60,003 bases of DNA from a bacterium (GCA_021846685.1 JAJZWL010000006.1:1-60003); one strand, 5' to 3'. Counted from the first letter of the stretch, positions 26,999 through 37,633 are shown. Made by a program: numbers and translations. Notes: generated from the sequence alone by a model not told the origin.

Positions 26999-27748
26999 AT
27001 GCATAAACAAACATTTTTCATACAAAATAGAGAAGGATTAAAAATATCAGTTACAAGTAATATAAATAAGAATAATACTAAATTAGTATTTGTAATGCAT
27101 GGGTTATTAGGTTCTCAAAATCAAACCCTAATAAAAAAAATTTCCCAAACATTTAAAAATAAAGATTTTAATGTAATTTCTTTTGATACTACTAACTCTA
27201 ATGGAAAAAGTGATGGAGATATAAATAATGCTTGTGTTAAAAACTATTATAATGATTTAGAAGATGTAATTAATTGGGCATCAACTCAAGATTGGTATTC
27301 TGAACCATTTACCCTTATAGGACATAGTGTAGGAGGATTTTCAGTAGCCTTTTATGCAGAAAAATATCCAAAAAAAGTATGCGCATTAGAATTAATTTCT
27401 CCTTTTATATCTGGGCTTTTAAGTTTAGAAGCATATAATAAAATATATATGTATAATCCTCAAAAAATAGAAGATTTACCTTTTGCATATTTTGAAGGAC
27501 TAGGTTATACATTATTTTCATTAATAGAAAATCTTATAATGCCAGTCATTATAATAATTGGAGAAAAAGATAGAACTATTCTACCTAATCATGCTAGAAT
27601 ACTATATGAATCTTTACCAGGGAAAAAAGAATTTCATATTATAAAAAACGCACCTCATACATTTAGAAATACTGGGCATTTAAAAGAAATTAATAGAATT
27701 TCAGAAAACTGGATTAATAAAATTTTAATTAATAAAAAAAGTATATAA
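26999..27748 (+). CDS. Alpha/beta hydrolase
   Basis: HGLLGS oxyanion region, nucleophile elbow GHSVGG and C-terminal NAPHTF. Confidence 0.75.
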   Translation: MHKQTFFIQNREGLKISVTSNINKNNTKLVFVMHGLLGSQNQTLIKKISQTFKNKDFNVISFDTTNSNGKSDGDINNACVKNYYNDLEDVINWASTQDWYSEPFTLIGHSVGGFSVAFYAEKYPKKVCALELISPFISGLLSLEAYNKIYMYNPQKIEDLPFAYFEGLGYTLFSLIENLIMPVIIIIGEKDRTILPNHARILYESLPGKKEFHIIKNAPHTFRNTGHLKEINRISENWINKILINKKSI

Positions 27749-27803
27749 TAAACGTATTTAAAAAAATATCGTTATTAATACTCATTAATAATTAAGTATA
27801 ATT

Positions 27804-28646
27804 GTGAAAAATAAGTATAATATTGCATTAATAATTATAGTAGTTATCATCTTAATCTTAGGAATATATTTTTTTCTATCATATTCTAATTCTACATTAA
27901 AAGATTTATCTAAAAATATCCAATCTCGAGAATCTAAAATAAATAGTTTTAATTTTACACTTAGAAGTTTACAGAATAATAATTCTAATTCATATATTTT
28001 TTCTCAAAATCTTGAAATAACAGGGGCAGAAAAATATAGTAATTCAAATATAGCTGAAAGTGGAGTATATTTTGTACCAATAGGGAAAACTGCTTTAAGC
28101 AATGCATCTAATGTGAAATTAAATTTTACCAAAATTAATAAAGAATATTTTGCTAAAGTATTTAATTCTAATGTTTGGTACAAATATGAAAATAAATACC
28201 CAATAATCCATTTTTCTTATCTTAATAAATCTCCGTTCTTGAATATTAATCCCAATAATATAAAGTATTTAGGAAACACAGAACTTAATGGGAAAAATGT
28301 AAAAGAGTATAGTGCTAATATCTCAAACTCTAATATAAAGAATACAAATTTTTATAATTTATATGCAAAAGGAATAATTAATAAAGATGAAGCAATTATC
28401 AAACTTACTTCATCTGCTATTAATAAACCTACAATAAGTAACCTAACAGAGCATATATATTTATCAAATAATAATACAATATATAAAGAAGTTTATAACT
28501 ACAATATATTTATACAAACAAATACTCAAGTAACATTAACAATAGATTTTTCAAAAATTAATGAGAGTCTTAAAATTAATGCACCAAATACATATAAAAT
28601 TTTCACAGAAACACCTAAAACAGCTCCATTTGCATTTCCATTTTAA
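27804..28646 (+). CDS. Membrane-anchored or secreted N/S/K-rich protein, unknown function
   Basis: A GTG start is followed by a signal-anchor helix (IALIIIVVIILILGIYFF). No motif is recognisable. Confidence 0.45.
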   Translation: MKNKYNIALIIIVVIILILGIYFFLSYSNSTLKDLSKNIQSRESKINSFNFTLRSLQNNNSNSYIFSQNLEITGAEKYSNSNIAESGVYFVPIGKTALSNASNVKLNFTKINKEYFAKVFNSNVWYKYENKYPIIHFSYLNKSPFLNINPNNIKYLGNTELNGKNVKEYSANISNSNIKNTNFYNLYAKGIINKDEAIIKLTSSAINKPTISNLTEHIYLSNNNTIYKEVYNYNIFIQTNTQVTLTIDFSKINESLKINAPNTYKIFTETPKTAPFAFPF

Positions 28647-28885
28647 ATCATTAAATTTTGTCCTAACAACAAAAATACACTCCCTCCTATTATAGCTAAT
28701 AATAAACTAAAGGGGTTAAATAATTTGAATCCGAAACCACCTAAGAGACTTATTAAAGTTCCTCCTATAAAACTACCTATAACTGATAAAGTAATACTCT
28801 TTGTTCTATTAATTTTACTATGAAAAAAGTAAAAATTAGCTAGACCAATCAATATACCTGCTATTATCCATGAGATTACTGCCAT
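28643..28885 (-). CDS. GlsB/YeaQ/YmgE-family small membrane protein
   Basis: 80 aa. ISWIIAGILIGLAN plus glycine-rich TM helices. It is a paralog of 17516-17767 and 46211-46471. Confidence 0.75.
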   Translation of the reverse strand: MAVISWIIAGILIGLANFYFFHSKINRTKSITLSVIGSFIGGTLISLLGGFGFKLFNPFSLLLAIIGGSVFLLLGQNLMI

Positions 28886-28938
28886 GATTATTTAGATATA
28901 ATATATATAAAGCATATAGAAAATAAATTAAAACTATA

Positions 28939-29388
28939 TTAATTCTTTTTATTATAGATTGATAAATATCTACCTAATATTAAAAATCCTATAACAATAA
29001 TTTCATAAATAATAATATCAATTATAAATTCCTTTACCAAGATACTTATATATTGAGCTTTCGTTAATATGATATTTTGACTATTTTGTGAATAAAAATA
29101 AATCCAAGGTTTTGTAATATAAGTTTCTATATAAAAAGAAATAATAAAAACAATAATTTGAAGGACTAATAAAAAAGAAAAACAATATATAGATAATTTT
29201 TTTAATTTTTGCTTATTCCTATATCCTATAACAAAAAAAACAGATATAGAGTATAGCAATAGCAAATAAAAAACTATAATTGTTAAATATTGGAATCTAT
29301 ATAAAAACAGACTAACTATAGATAATACTATATATATTATTAAATATATATATAAAATTTTTGGATAAAAAAGATTTTTAATCTTCAT
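28939..29388 (-). CDS. Integral membrane protein, unknown function
   Basis: 149 aa with four hydrophobic helices and no recognisable motif. Confidence 0.45.
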   Translation of the reverse strand: MKIKNLFYPKILYIYLIIYIVLSIVSLFLYRFQYLTIIVFYLLLLYSISVFFVIGYRNKQKLKKLSIYCFSFLLVLQIIVFIISFYIETYITKPWIYFYSQNSQNIILTKAQYISILVKEFIIDIIIYEIIVIGFLILGRYLSIYNKKN

Positions 29389-29508
29389 TTCTCTAATTAT
29401 ATACTCTTGCGATTTTTACATCAATAAGAGATAGTACTTGTATAACAAATTAGATTATTTATTTTGTGTTTATCAATATATCTGATAATATCTTTTAAAT
29501 ATAAACAT

Positions 29509-30312
29509 ATGAGTACAAGATTAGATACAATAGAATACTTAGACAAAAATATAGGATTTTTCCCAATATTTAATAATACTATTACAAATGCATTTTCTTG
29601 GGGGGAAAATGTTGGGAATATGTCCTTTAACTATGGAGACAGAAAAGAAGTTAAATTGAGAATTATTAAATTTTTACAAAAAATATCTATTAATAATATA
29701 CAAAGTATTGTGAATATAGAACCAGAACATAGTGATAATATAGTTTCTATAACTCGAAATAAATATAATTCTTTAAGATCTACTCCTGTAGGCAAAAGCA
29801 TTAACTGCGATACATTATTTACAAACACTAAAAATATAGCTTTATCTATAAAACCTGCAGATTGCACAGTTTCAATAATAAAAGCAATTGATATAAATAA
29901 CAAAATAATAATAGGATTAATTCATGCAGGAAGAAAAGGATTAGATCTATCTTTACCATATAAATCAATAGAATATTTAATACAACATTATGAAGTTAAT
30001 ATATCTAATATACAAATTGGGATAATACCATCAATTGGATTTGATAATTATTTTATTCAGAATATAGAAGAATTAAAGAATCCTATAATCTGGGAAAATT
30101 ATAGTAAGAAAAAAAATAATTATATATATCTAGATCTAAAATCTCTACTATTAAAACAATATCAAGATATAGGAATAAAAAATACACAAATACAATATTA
30201 TGATCTAGATACATTCAATTATGCAAAAGAAAAAATAAGCTTTTCTCATAGATATTCTCAAATGCATAAAGAAACTGCTAATGGTAGAATGATAGTAGTA
30301 GTTAAAATTTAA
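29509..30312 (+). CDS. YfiH/PgeF (DUF152, laccase-domain) family protein
   Basis: KPADCTVSI, LIHAGRKG and the FSHRY region match the His/Cys/His site pattern of this family. I chose the ATG at 29509 rather than the upstream TTG at 29464. Confidence 0.65.
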   Translation: MSTRLDTIEYLDKNIGFFPIFNNTITNAFSWGENVGNMSFNYGDRKEVKLRIIKFLQKISINNIQSIVNIEPEHSDNIVSITRNKYNSLRSTPVGKSINCDTLFTNTKNIALSIKPADCTVSIIKAIDINNKIIIGLIHAGRKGLDLSLPYKSIEYLIQHYEVNISNIQIGIIPSIGFDNYFIQNIEELKNPIIWENYSKKKNNYIYLDLKSLLLKQYQDIGIKNTQIQYYDLDTFNYAKEKISFSHRYSQMHKETANGRMIVVVKI

Positions 30313-31601
30313 TTAAAAGAATAAATATTCCCATTTCCTGTAATAGCATAAAAAATACCATTATAAAAACTCAAACCTGAAGCGATTTCATTTCCACCAA
30401 GGGTTCTTTTTGCAATAAATGATCCATTATTAGATTTTAATACATAAATATTCCCTGCAGTAGTAACAGCATACACTAATTTATTATTTATTATAAATGG
30501 TGCGTTTATCATGCTATTTACATGATATCTCCATAATATCTTTTTAGTATTTATATTCACTGCGAATATATCTCTTACAGTATTAGATGATGTATATAGA
30601 GTATTTCTAATAATAGTAGATACACTTCCTTCCATAGGGTCAGATGGTAGATTTATCAATCCATTTCCTTCATTTATAGTCCATATAATTTGACCAGTAT
30701 TAGCATTAATCTTATAAAGATACTCATTCCCCACATCAGCTTTATTATTAGTAAGATGAGTAGCATTGGTATATATATATCCTGCAGAATAGGTTGGAGT
30801 TGTATCATCTAAAGCTCCAGTAATATTAGGGAAATTATCTTTCCACTGAATTTTCTTGGTTTTTATATTTATATCAAAAAAAGTATAAGGAGATGCACTT
30901 CCAAAATATATATTATTATGTACTAATACAGCCGATGACATAGACACTATTGAACCTAGATTAATTGACCATAATAATTTCCCAGAAGAAGCAGATAAGG
31001 CATAAAATTTCTTATTTCCATTAGCAAAATATATTATTCCATTTTTATATACAGGAGTAGGCATATCCTCTCCTGGTGTACTATATTTCCACATAATCTT
31101 TCCTGTTTCAAGATTTATTCCATACATGGCATTAGGACCTAATCCTCTATATAAAACTGCCTTATTCTTTAAATCATATTTTATACTATTACCTGTCCCT
31201 ACATAGACCATATCTTGAGTTGGTACTACTACAGGATTTGTCATTACCCAATTAGGTAGTTGATCATGCCATAAAACCTTAAAATTACTTCTTTTAATTG
31301 CATAAAGAGCTCCTGTAGTATTTGATTGGTTCATTACTCCAACATAGATGATATCTCCACTCACAATAGGAGTAGTATCAAATCCTACTCCATTAATATT
31401 TTTTGCTAATATTACATGTGATAATAATGTCATTTCAGCTCCAGTAACAATATTATTATCATTCCCATTATTAGAATATTGATTATAACTACTATAGTAA
31501 TACGTTGTATTAGGAACAATTTTTTGAAGATGTATAATTAAAATCAGAGTAACTACTATAAGGACAAGTACTGTTAAATATATATAATAAGTTTTTTTCA
31601 C
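30309..31601 (-). CDS. Membrane-anchored PQQ-like (BamB-type) beta-propeller repeat protein
   Basis: A TM anchor plus blade motifs (LYAIKRSNFKVLWHDQ, MYGINLETGKIMWKYST, FYALSASSGKLLWSI, IYVLKSNNGSF). It is a paralog of 11585-12979. Confidence 0.75.
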   Translation of the reverse strand: MKKTYYIYLTVLVLIVVTLILIIHLQKIVPNTTYYYSSYNQYSNNGNDNNIVTGAEMTLLSHVILAKNINGVGFDTTPIVSGDIIYVGVMNQSNTTGALYAIKRSNFKVLWHDQLPNWVMTNPVVVPTQDMVYVGTGNSIKYDLKNKAVLYRGLGPNAMYGINLETGKIMWKYSTPGEDMPTPVYKNGIIYFANGNKKFYALSASSGKLLWSINLGSIVSMSSAVLVHNNIYFGSASPYTFFDINIKTKKIQWKDNFPNITGALDDTTPTYSAGYIYTNATHLTNNKADVGNEYLYKINANTGQIIWTINEGNGLINLPSDPMEGSVSTIIRNTLYTSSNTVRDIFAVNINTKKILWRYHVNSMINAPFIINNKLVYAVTTAGNIYVLKSNNGSFIAKRTLGGNEIASGLSFYNGIFYAITGNGNIYSFN

Positions 31602-31676
31602 AAAATTTGTCCTTGAAATAAATTTATATACATAATATACACTTATATATAGAAAAATGTTTCACAACATAAAAAC

Positions 31677-32060
31677 TTAATCTTTAGCTATATTTACAAC
31701 ATTTCTTCTTTGAAATTCGACTACCTTTTCGAAAAATTCTTTTATAAGAATAGTATTTGATTTTGAAATTTGATCTATTATAATTTCAGAATTATCCATA
31801 TGAATAATTCTTACTCTACCAAAAAAAATCTTTTGATACACTAATACTCTATCTATGGTTTTTATACCAATATCTTCTATTGATTTAGTAATACCTCCTA
31901 AATGAAGAATAGTCTTTTCTATTGACCTTACCTGTATCTTATACTGAATTGGAGAAATAGGGTGTAAAAGTGTAACAGTTCTTACAGAAATAACCTCTGA
32001 TAATAATTCTTTGTCTTCAGGTGTCATATTTATATCGGGATTATTATTATAAGGATTCAT
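31677..32060 (-). CDS. Hypothetical cytoplasmic protein (127 aa)
   Basis: A clean ORF with no assignable motif. Confidence 0.45.
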   Translation of the reverse strand: MNPYNNNPDINMTPEDKELLSEVISVRTVTLLHPISPIQYKIQVRSIEKTILHLGGITKSIEDIGIKTIDRVLVYQKIFFGRVRIIHMDNSEIIIDQISKSNTILIKEFFEKVVEFQRRNVVNIAKD

Positions 32061-32154
32061 TACATATATGATAAAGCTTTTTTAAAAATAAGTCTAATAT
32101 TTGTAATATTAATCTTTTAGTAATAGAATTAAAAACATTTAGTAAATAATTACA

Positions 32155-32865
32155 ATGAATAATAAAGTTATATTAGCAATTTCTGCCCATGAAGATGATT
32201 TAGATTTCGGGTGTTCAGGAACAATATCTAAATGGATAAATGAAGGAGCAAAAGTATATTATTTTATTCTAACAGATGGATCGAAAGGTTCTGATGATAA
32301 AAGTATTAATGAACAAGAATTAATTAAAGAAAGACAGGTAGAACAAGAAAATGCTGCAAAAGTTTTAGGAGTAGAAAAAGTTTTTTTTGGAAATTTTGAA
32401 GATGGGGCTCTTGAGGATAATAATATCGTTAGAAAAGAGATAGTAAAAATGATTAGGAGTATTAAACCAGATATTGTTATAACTATGGATCCTGAATTTT
32501 TATATAATTCTGAATATGGATTTATTAATCATCCTGATCATATTGCTGCAGCAAGAGCTACAATGTTTTCTGTATATCCATTCTCTAGAAATAGACCTTC
32601 TTTTAAAGAACTTTTACAAGAAGGATTAGAACCTCATAAAGTTTCTGAATTATTATTGATATCAATGGGTTCTGCAAAAGCAAATATGTATATAGATATA
32701 TCTTCTACTATTGATAACAAAATAGAGGCATTAAAAATGCATACTAGCCAATATGATGATTTTGATAAATTGAAAGAGATGATATTGAAAATGAGTAATA
32801 TAGCTGGAACTAAAAAGGGGTATCAATACGCAGAATCTTTTATTAGGATAGAAATAAAACAATAA
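32155..32865 (+). CDS. PIG-L/LmbE-family N-acetylglucosaminyl deacetylase
   Basis: ISAHEDDLDFGCSGT (AHPDD-type motif) and HPDH zinc-binding motifs. Confidence 0.85.
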   Translation: MNNKVILAISAHEDDLDFGCSGTISKWINEGAKVYYFILTDGSKGSDDKSINEQELIKERQVEQENAAKVLGVEKVFFGNFEDGALEDNNIVRKEIVKMIRSIKPDIVITMDPEFLYNSEYGFINHPDHIAAARATMFSVYPFSRNRPSFKELLQEGLEPHKVSELLLISMGSAKANMYIDISSTIDNKIEALKMHTSQYDDFDKLKEMILKMSNIAGTKKGYQYAESFIRIEIKQ

Positions 32866-32918
32866 AATAAATAAATTACAAACTTTATGGGGTATGATTA
32901 TGATATAATATAGTTCCT

Positions 32919-34211
32919 ATGACAGAAATATTCGAAAATATTCCTCAAGATTTTATGTTTGGTGCATCTACTGCTGGTGGCCAAGTAGAGGGAAATCATA
33001 ATAGCGATTGGGAGGATTTTGAAAAAAGAAATTCCATATCTCTTGCTGCAGATTCTAAAGCTAACAATAAAGATTATGGCAATGGATCTTTACCTCCTAA
33101 AACATATGAACTACTAAAAGATGAGCTTTCAGATCCTTTAAATTATATATCAGGAAGTGCAGCAGGGTGGAGACAAGGTCATTACATTGAAGATCTAGAC
33201 TTAGCTCAAGATATGGGGTTAACAGCTATAAGGTTTTCCCCAGAAAGATCTTGGCTCCAACCATCTTCTTCCCCCATATTAGATGAAGAGGCTATAGTAC
33301 ATTATAGAAAATTTATTGATGAATGTATAAAAAGAGGGATAGAACCAATTCCTACACTTTTTCATTTCACTAATCCTTTATGGATTCAGAATAAAGGTGG
33401 TTGGGAAAATAAAGATATTAGAGAAAGTTATAATAGATATACAAAATCGTTGTTACAGTCACTTGATAGAGAATTTAGACATGTCTTAACTATTAATGAA
33501 CCTGAAGTATATACTTTTATGGGGTGGATAGCAGGAGAATGGCCTCAAGAGAGAAAAATTGCTTTAATAAAAGCGATGCATGTAAGAAAAAATTTAATTG
33601 AAGCACATAAAAAAATGTATTCTACTATAAAAGAATATGATGATACAATATTAATATCAGCATCTGTAAATTTACAAGACATAGAACCCTCCTCTTCAAG
33701 AAAATCAGACAAAATAGGCACATCTTTATCTGAAAAAATGTCAAATACACTATTCCTCCCAAAAATTAAAGATGAAATAGACTTTATTGCATTGAATCAT
33801 TATCTTCATAACGTACAAAGAGGAGTAATTCCTATAAAATATATAGATACAGGGGAACCAAAATCTGATATTGGATGGAATCTAAACCCAGATAGTTTAT
33901 ACAGAGTATTATTATCTTTACGAAAATATAAAAAACCTATTATTATTACAGAACATGGGGTAGCAGATAAAAAAGATACTAATAGATCTCAAGTTTTGAT
34001 TAATGCAATAAGCTCTATTAATAGAGCTATTGGAGAAGGGATAGATGTACGAGGATATTTGCACTGGTCATTAATTGATAATTTTGAATGGGATAAAGGA
34101 AAAGCAATGAGATTTGGACTAATTGAAGTAGATTATAAAACACAAAAAAGAACTCCTAGAAAAAGTGCCACTACTTATGCTGATATTATAAGGAAGACTA
34201 GATATAAATAA
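32919..34211 (+). CDS. Glycoside hydrolase family 1 (beta-glucosidase-like)
   Basis: FGASTAGGQVEG, acid/base motif TINEPEVY, nucleophile motif IITEHG and the WSLIDNFEW tail. Confidence 0.85.
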   Translation: MTEIFENIPQDFMFGASTAGGQVEGNHNSDWEDFEKRNSISLAADSKANNKDYGNGSLPPKTYELLKDELSDPLNYISGSAAGWRQGHYIEDLDLAQDMGLTAIRFSPERSWLQPSSSPILDEEAIVHYRKFIDECIKRGIEPIPTLFHFTNPLWIQNKGGWENKDIRESYNRYTKSLLQSLDREFRHVLTINEPEVYTFMGWIAGEWPQERKIALIKAMHVRKNLIEAHKKMYSTIKEYDDTILISASVNLQDIEPSSSRKSDKIGTSLSEKMSNTLFLPKIKDEIDFIALNHYLHNVQRGVIPIKYIDTGEPKSDIGWNLNPDSLYRVLLSLRKYKKPIIITEHGVADKKDTNRSQVLINAISSINRAIGEGIDVRGYLHWSLIDNFEWDKGKAMRFGLIEVDYKTQKRTPRKSATTYADIIRKTRYK

Positions 34212-34230
34212 ACTCTCTATTATGATTATG

Positions 34231-35844
34231 TTAGTCAAACATATCCTTTTCAAAATTAAATGCAAATGACCTATTATAAAGCCTCAAATCTCCAAAAAAT
34301 AAAAGAGACTCTCCTATATTAAATTTTAAAAGAGAATCTTTCTCTTCATTTGATAATATAAATGTTTTTGAAATATTATCTAAATTCACCTTCTCTTGTT
34401 TCATTAACACTTTTAAAGATGTATTTGCAATGATAGATCTACCTTCTTCAGAAGATATAAAATCTTCTATATCCTGAGTTATATATATTAATCCCAAATT
34501 ATATTTTCTTGCTCTTTTAGATATCATTTTCAAGTAAGTTAATAACTCTTTACTTTCAAATAACCTATGAGCCTCATCTATAAAAACTTCTCTTTTTGAT
34601 TTGCCATCATGAAATTTCCATACAAAATTAAGAACAATATACATCATTAAAGATATGTTATACGTATCAAGTTTAGAAATATCAAAAACAATTAAATTAT
34701 CTTTATTGGATATCTCTATATTTGTCTTTTCTGAATATAAGGTAGCATTTGATCCTGCAGAAATATTATATATTTCTAAAGCCATTTTACTTTTATTTTT
34801 TTCCAAATAATTATATAAATCTTTAAACGTAGGTTCTTTTATAGTCCTAAATACTTCTACTAATGCTTTGTCCAATTCATTACCATCAAAATATGTACAG
34901 GATCTTTGTAAAAAACTTTTAATAAATTGAATCTTATCTTCAATACTTTCACCTTGATATAAGTCAAAAGGATTAATCTTGTATTTACTGTTATGAGAAA
35001 ATTCAATTCTTTTACCTTTTAAATTTTTACATAAATTTTTATATTCTCCCTCTGGATCAATAATAACAACTTTTATTCCCTTTGCTATCAATCTTATAAT
35101 AGTAGTTTTTGCAAAAAAACTTTTTCCAGATCCAGATTTAGCAAAGATTACTCCATTGTAGTTTTCATAATTGAAAATATCAAAAAGAGTTAATGAATTA
35201 GTTATAGAATTAACACCATATATAATTCCTTTATAATCAGTAAACCCATTAATCACAAAAGGAGTAGCTGCTGATATTGATGAGGAGTTTAATACAAAAG
35301 TTTTATTTCCCTTATTTATATTAAAAGGTACAATACTTTTATAACCAATGGATTCTCTGAAATCTAAAGAATACATTGTAAATGATTTTGAAGATGCTAA
35401 TAACTCTAAATTTTTAGCATTTATTTTTAAATTATAAAGATTAGTAGAATACAACGTAATATAAAAGCTCAAAAGAGAGGAACCTTCTTTCCCTGAAACT
35501 AAAATCCTTCTGAAATCTTCTAGTGCTGTTACCTCTAAATCTAAAGAAATATCATTTAATCTACCTTTTGAAAGACGTGAATGTCTTTGAGACTCTAAGG
35601 AAGATAATCGAATCTTTATAGAATTTAGAACTTCATCTTTTTTTAAAGGAGATATATATTGAGTTAATATTAAATTTCCACCTAATGAAAATAATTCAGA
35701 AACAAAAAACTTATTTATTTTCACAGGGAAATCTGATATATAATAAGTTTTATAAAATTTATTATTAACTTTTATATTATTCTTTTCCTCTTTTATATTT
35801 TTAGGAAGTAATCTATCCTCTTTGGTTTTATAATAAATTTTCAT
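34231..35844 (-). CDS. VirB4/TrsE/PrgJ-like type IV secretion ATPase (central and ATPase domains)
   Basis: Walker A with the downstream IFAKSGSGKSFFAKTTIIRLIAKGIKVVIIDPEGEY (typical VirB4 block), Walker B VFIDEAHRL, and the N-terminal FYKTYYISDFPVKI block. Confidence 0.75.
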   Translation of the reverse strand: MKIYYKTKEDRLLPKNIKEEKNNIKVNNKFYKTYYISDFPVKINKFFVSELFSLGGNLILTQYISPLKKDEVLNSIKIRLSSLESQRHSRLSKGRLNDISLDLEVTALEDFRRILVSGKEGSSLLSFYITLYSTNLYNLKINAKNLELLASSKSFTMYSLDFRESIGYKSIVPFNINKGNKTFVLNSSSISAATPFVINGFTDYKGIIYGVNSITNSLTLFDIFNYENYNGVIFAKSGSGKSFFAKTTIIRLIAKGIKVVIIDPEGEYKNLCKNLKGKRIEFSHNSKYKINPFDLYQGESIEDKIQFIKSFLQRSCTYFDGNELDKALVEVFRTIKEPTFKDLYNYLEKNKSKMALEIYNISAGSNATLYSEKTNIEISNKDNLIVFDISKLDTYNISLMMYIVLNFVWKFHDGKSKREVFIDEAHRLFESKELLTYLKMISKRARKYNLGLIYITQDIEDFISSEEGRSIIANTSLKVLMKQEKVNLDNISKTFILSNEEKDSLLKFNIGESLLFFGDLRLYNRSFAFNFEKDMFD

Positions 35845-35847
35845 AAT

Positions 35848-36369
35848 TTATAAGAAAAAATAATTTAAAATAGTCTTAATTTGCTTGTCTTTTAATTTTT
35901 TAAAAGATAAGGGAATAGAAGAAAGCATATATTTCAATTGCTTTTCTTGAGAAATAAAAAGATCTTCCACTTCTTTAAGATCTTTTTTATAATCTATGTG
36001 TTTTCTTTTTTTTATAACAGAATATATTAAAAAAAATCTTTGATTATAAATATTTTTAAATATTTCATCCTTATCTGTTAACAGGGCATTCCTATACAAC
36101 TCTTTTAATTTTTTATTAGAAATATTATTTATATATTTTAAATTCTCTTTCTTTTTAAGTTTGAAATTTATGGATGTTATTTGAATATTAAACTTTATTG
36201 ATAAAAGAAATTCTTCATATTTTTTTAAAAATCTTTCTCTCTCTTCTATATCTGATAATATAAAATTATCAGGGAATATCTCCAATATCTTAGCATAAGA
36301 AGAATTTTTTAAGATTAATATGTCATTTTCTATAGATAATAAATCAAAGAATTTTTTTGTACTATTCAT
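35848..36369 (-). CDS. Probable detached N-terminal domain of the VirB4-like ATPase
   Basis: SYAKILEIFPDNFILSDIEERE...FLLSIKFNIQI and RFFLIYSV resemble the N-terminal region of Gram-positive VirB4 homologues. The ORF is in the same frame as 34231-35844, separated only by TAA-ATT. Confidence 0.45.
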   Translation of the reverse strand: MNSTKKFFDLLSIENDILILKNSSYAKILEIFPDNFILSDIEERERFLKKYEEFLLSIKFNIQITSINFKLKKKENLKYINNISNKKLKELYRNALLTDKDEIFKNIYNQRFFLIYSVIKKRKHIDYKKDLKEVEDLFISQEKQLKYMLSSIPLSFKKLKDKQIKTILNYFFL

Positions 36370-36659
36370 TCTATATAAGATTCCTCTAAAAAATAAGTTT
36401 TTTTTCTAAAAGAAAAAATAAGAAAGTAATAAATATATTCATATAAAAATAATCCTCTAAAAGACTGTTTAATAATCATATAAAAGAAAATAATAAATGA
36501 AGCAGAAATAAAAATTTTAACTTGTAATATCAAATTAGCAAATATAATAAAAGATATAGGAATTAAAGAAAGCATTACTATTAATATATCTTTTGTTATA
36601 TTAATATAATTAAATTTTAATCTTTTTATTTTATATACTTTTACTTCGTTATTATTCAT
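36366..36659 (-). CDS. VirB3/PrgI-like small two-TM protein
   Basis: 97 aa with two TM helices and a basic/aromatic tail. It sits between the VirB6-like and VirB4-like genes and has 4-nt overlaps on both sides. Confidence 0.4.
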   Translation of the reverse strand: MNNNEVKVYKIKRLKFNYINITKDILIVMLSLIPISFIIFANLILQVKIFISASFIIFFYMIIKQSFRGLFLYEYIYYFLIFSFRKKTYFLEESYIE

Positions 36660-37633
36660 GAATATTTAATTTTGTTAATACTTCTTCTTACCTTTGTATA
36701 TTCAGAGGAGAGTGAAAAATTGAGATATCTAGCTAATAGAGTAGGGATTAGGGATAAAGCAAATAAGGTTATTATAGCTAGTATGAATTTTTCAATTGGA
36801 TTAATAGCAAAATCCCTTACAATTATAATAAATACGGACACACCTATTAAAAATGCAGGTTGTACAAATAATAACTCAGCTATTTTTGAAAAAATTACTT
36901 TCAAAACTCCATTAAAAGGTGGGTAAATAGAAACTATTACTGCAAATGGAAAAAGAAGTATAAAGATCCATAAGAGTATAAATCTCAAAATAAATTGAAA
37001 AGAAAATATAAATAAAGCAATAATCAAAAATATATATAATATAAAAATAGTAATACCTGAAAATATACCTCCACTAAATCTATCTAAAGAAATTGAATTC
37101 ACTATTGTTTGAAATAAACTAGGATTCGAAGATAATATTATATGCTGTACTATAAATTTATCCATAACATTTATAAATGTTATAAAAAATGAAATTATGT
37201 ATACAGATAAAAATAAAATTATAACAGCAATGATTACGTTATATAAAAGATCAATAGGGGAGAACCGAGTTCCACCTATTGAGGCTTCTCCTATAAGATG
37301 CATTACATATATATATATTATTAAAGGTATAATAGCTAAAGACAAAGCTTCTGTTCCATTTACATATTGGTTATATGCAATCCCTGCTAAGTTACCTCCA
37401 AATCCGGAGGAAGACAATATATTAGGTGTGAATTCTGTAAATTGATCTATGATATAACCTAATGAGCATATTATTCCATTTATGGAGAATGAGTATGAAT
37501 AATTACAATTTAATGGGGTATTAGAAGATACTGTTGTAGCTGATTTAGCAAAAACAGGACTAAAAAGCATGAAAAATATTATAAAACTAACCAGCAACAA
37601 TCGCATGAATAAAAGTTGTAAAATTTTGAGCAC
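36656..37633 (-). CDS. VirB6/TrbL/PrgH-like polytopic membrane protein
   Basis: 325 aa with a signal peptide (SPVFA-KS) and at least 6 TM helices. It sits immediately upstream of the VirB3/VirB4-like genes, as in Gram-positive T4SS operons. Confidence 0.45.
   Translation of the reverse strand: MLKILQLLFMRLLLVSFIIFFMLFSPVFAKSATTVSSNTPLNCNYSYSFSINGIICSLGYIIDQFTEFTPNILSSSGFGGNLAGIAYNQYVNGTEALSLAIIPLIIYIYVMHLIGEASIGGTRFSPIDLLYNVIIAVIILFLSVYIISFFITFINVMDKFIVQHIILSSNPSLFQTIVNSISLDRFSGGIFSGITIFILYIFLIIALFIFSFQFILRFILLWIFILLFPFAVIVSIYPPFNGVLKVIFSKIAELLFVQPAFLIGVSVFIIIVRDFAINPIEKFILAIITLFALSLIPTLLARYLNFSLSSEYTKVRRSINKIKYS

Noticed and set aside
11570-30312. The ORF track gives starts at 11570 (GTG), 14022 (TTG), 23961 (ATG inside the ABC gene), 29464 (TTG) and 46205.
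   Set aside because: Downstream ATG codons at 11585, 14007, 24006, 29509 and 46211 give N-termini that match the paralogs or families. They also avoid long overlaps, and in the last case restore proper Shine-Dalgarno spacing.
36672-37445. Plus-strand ORFs at 36672-36926 and 37197-37445 lie inside the T4SS-like cluster.
   Set aside because: They are antisense shadows of the VirB6-like polytopic membrane-protein gene, and no independent signal supports them.
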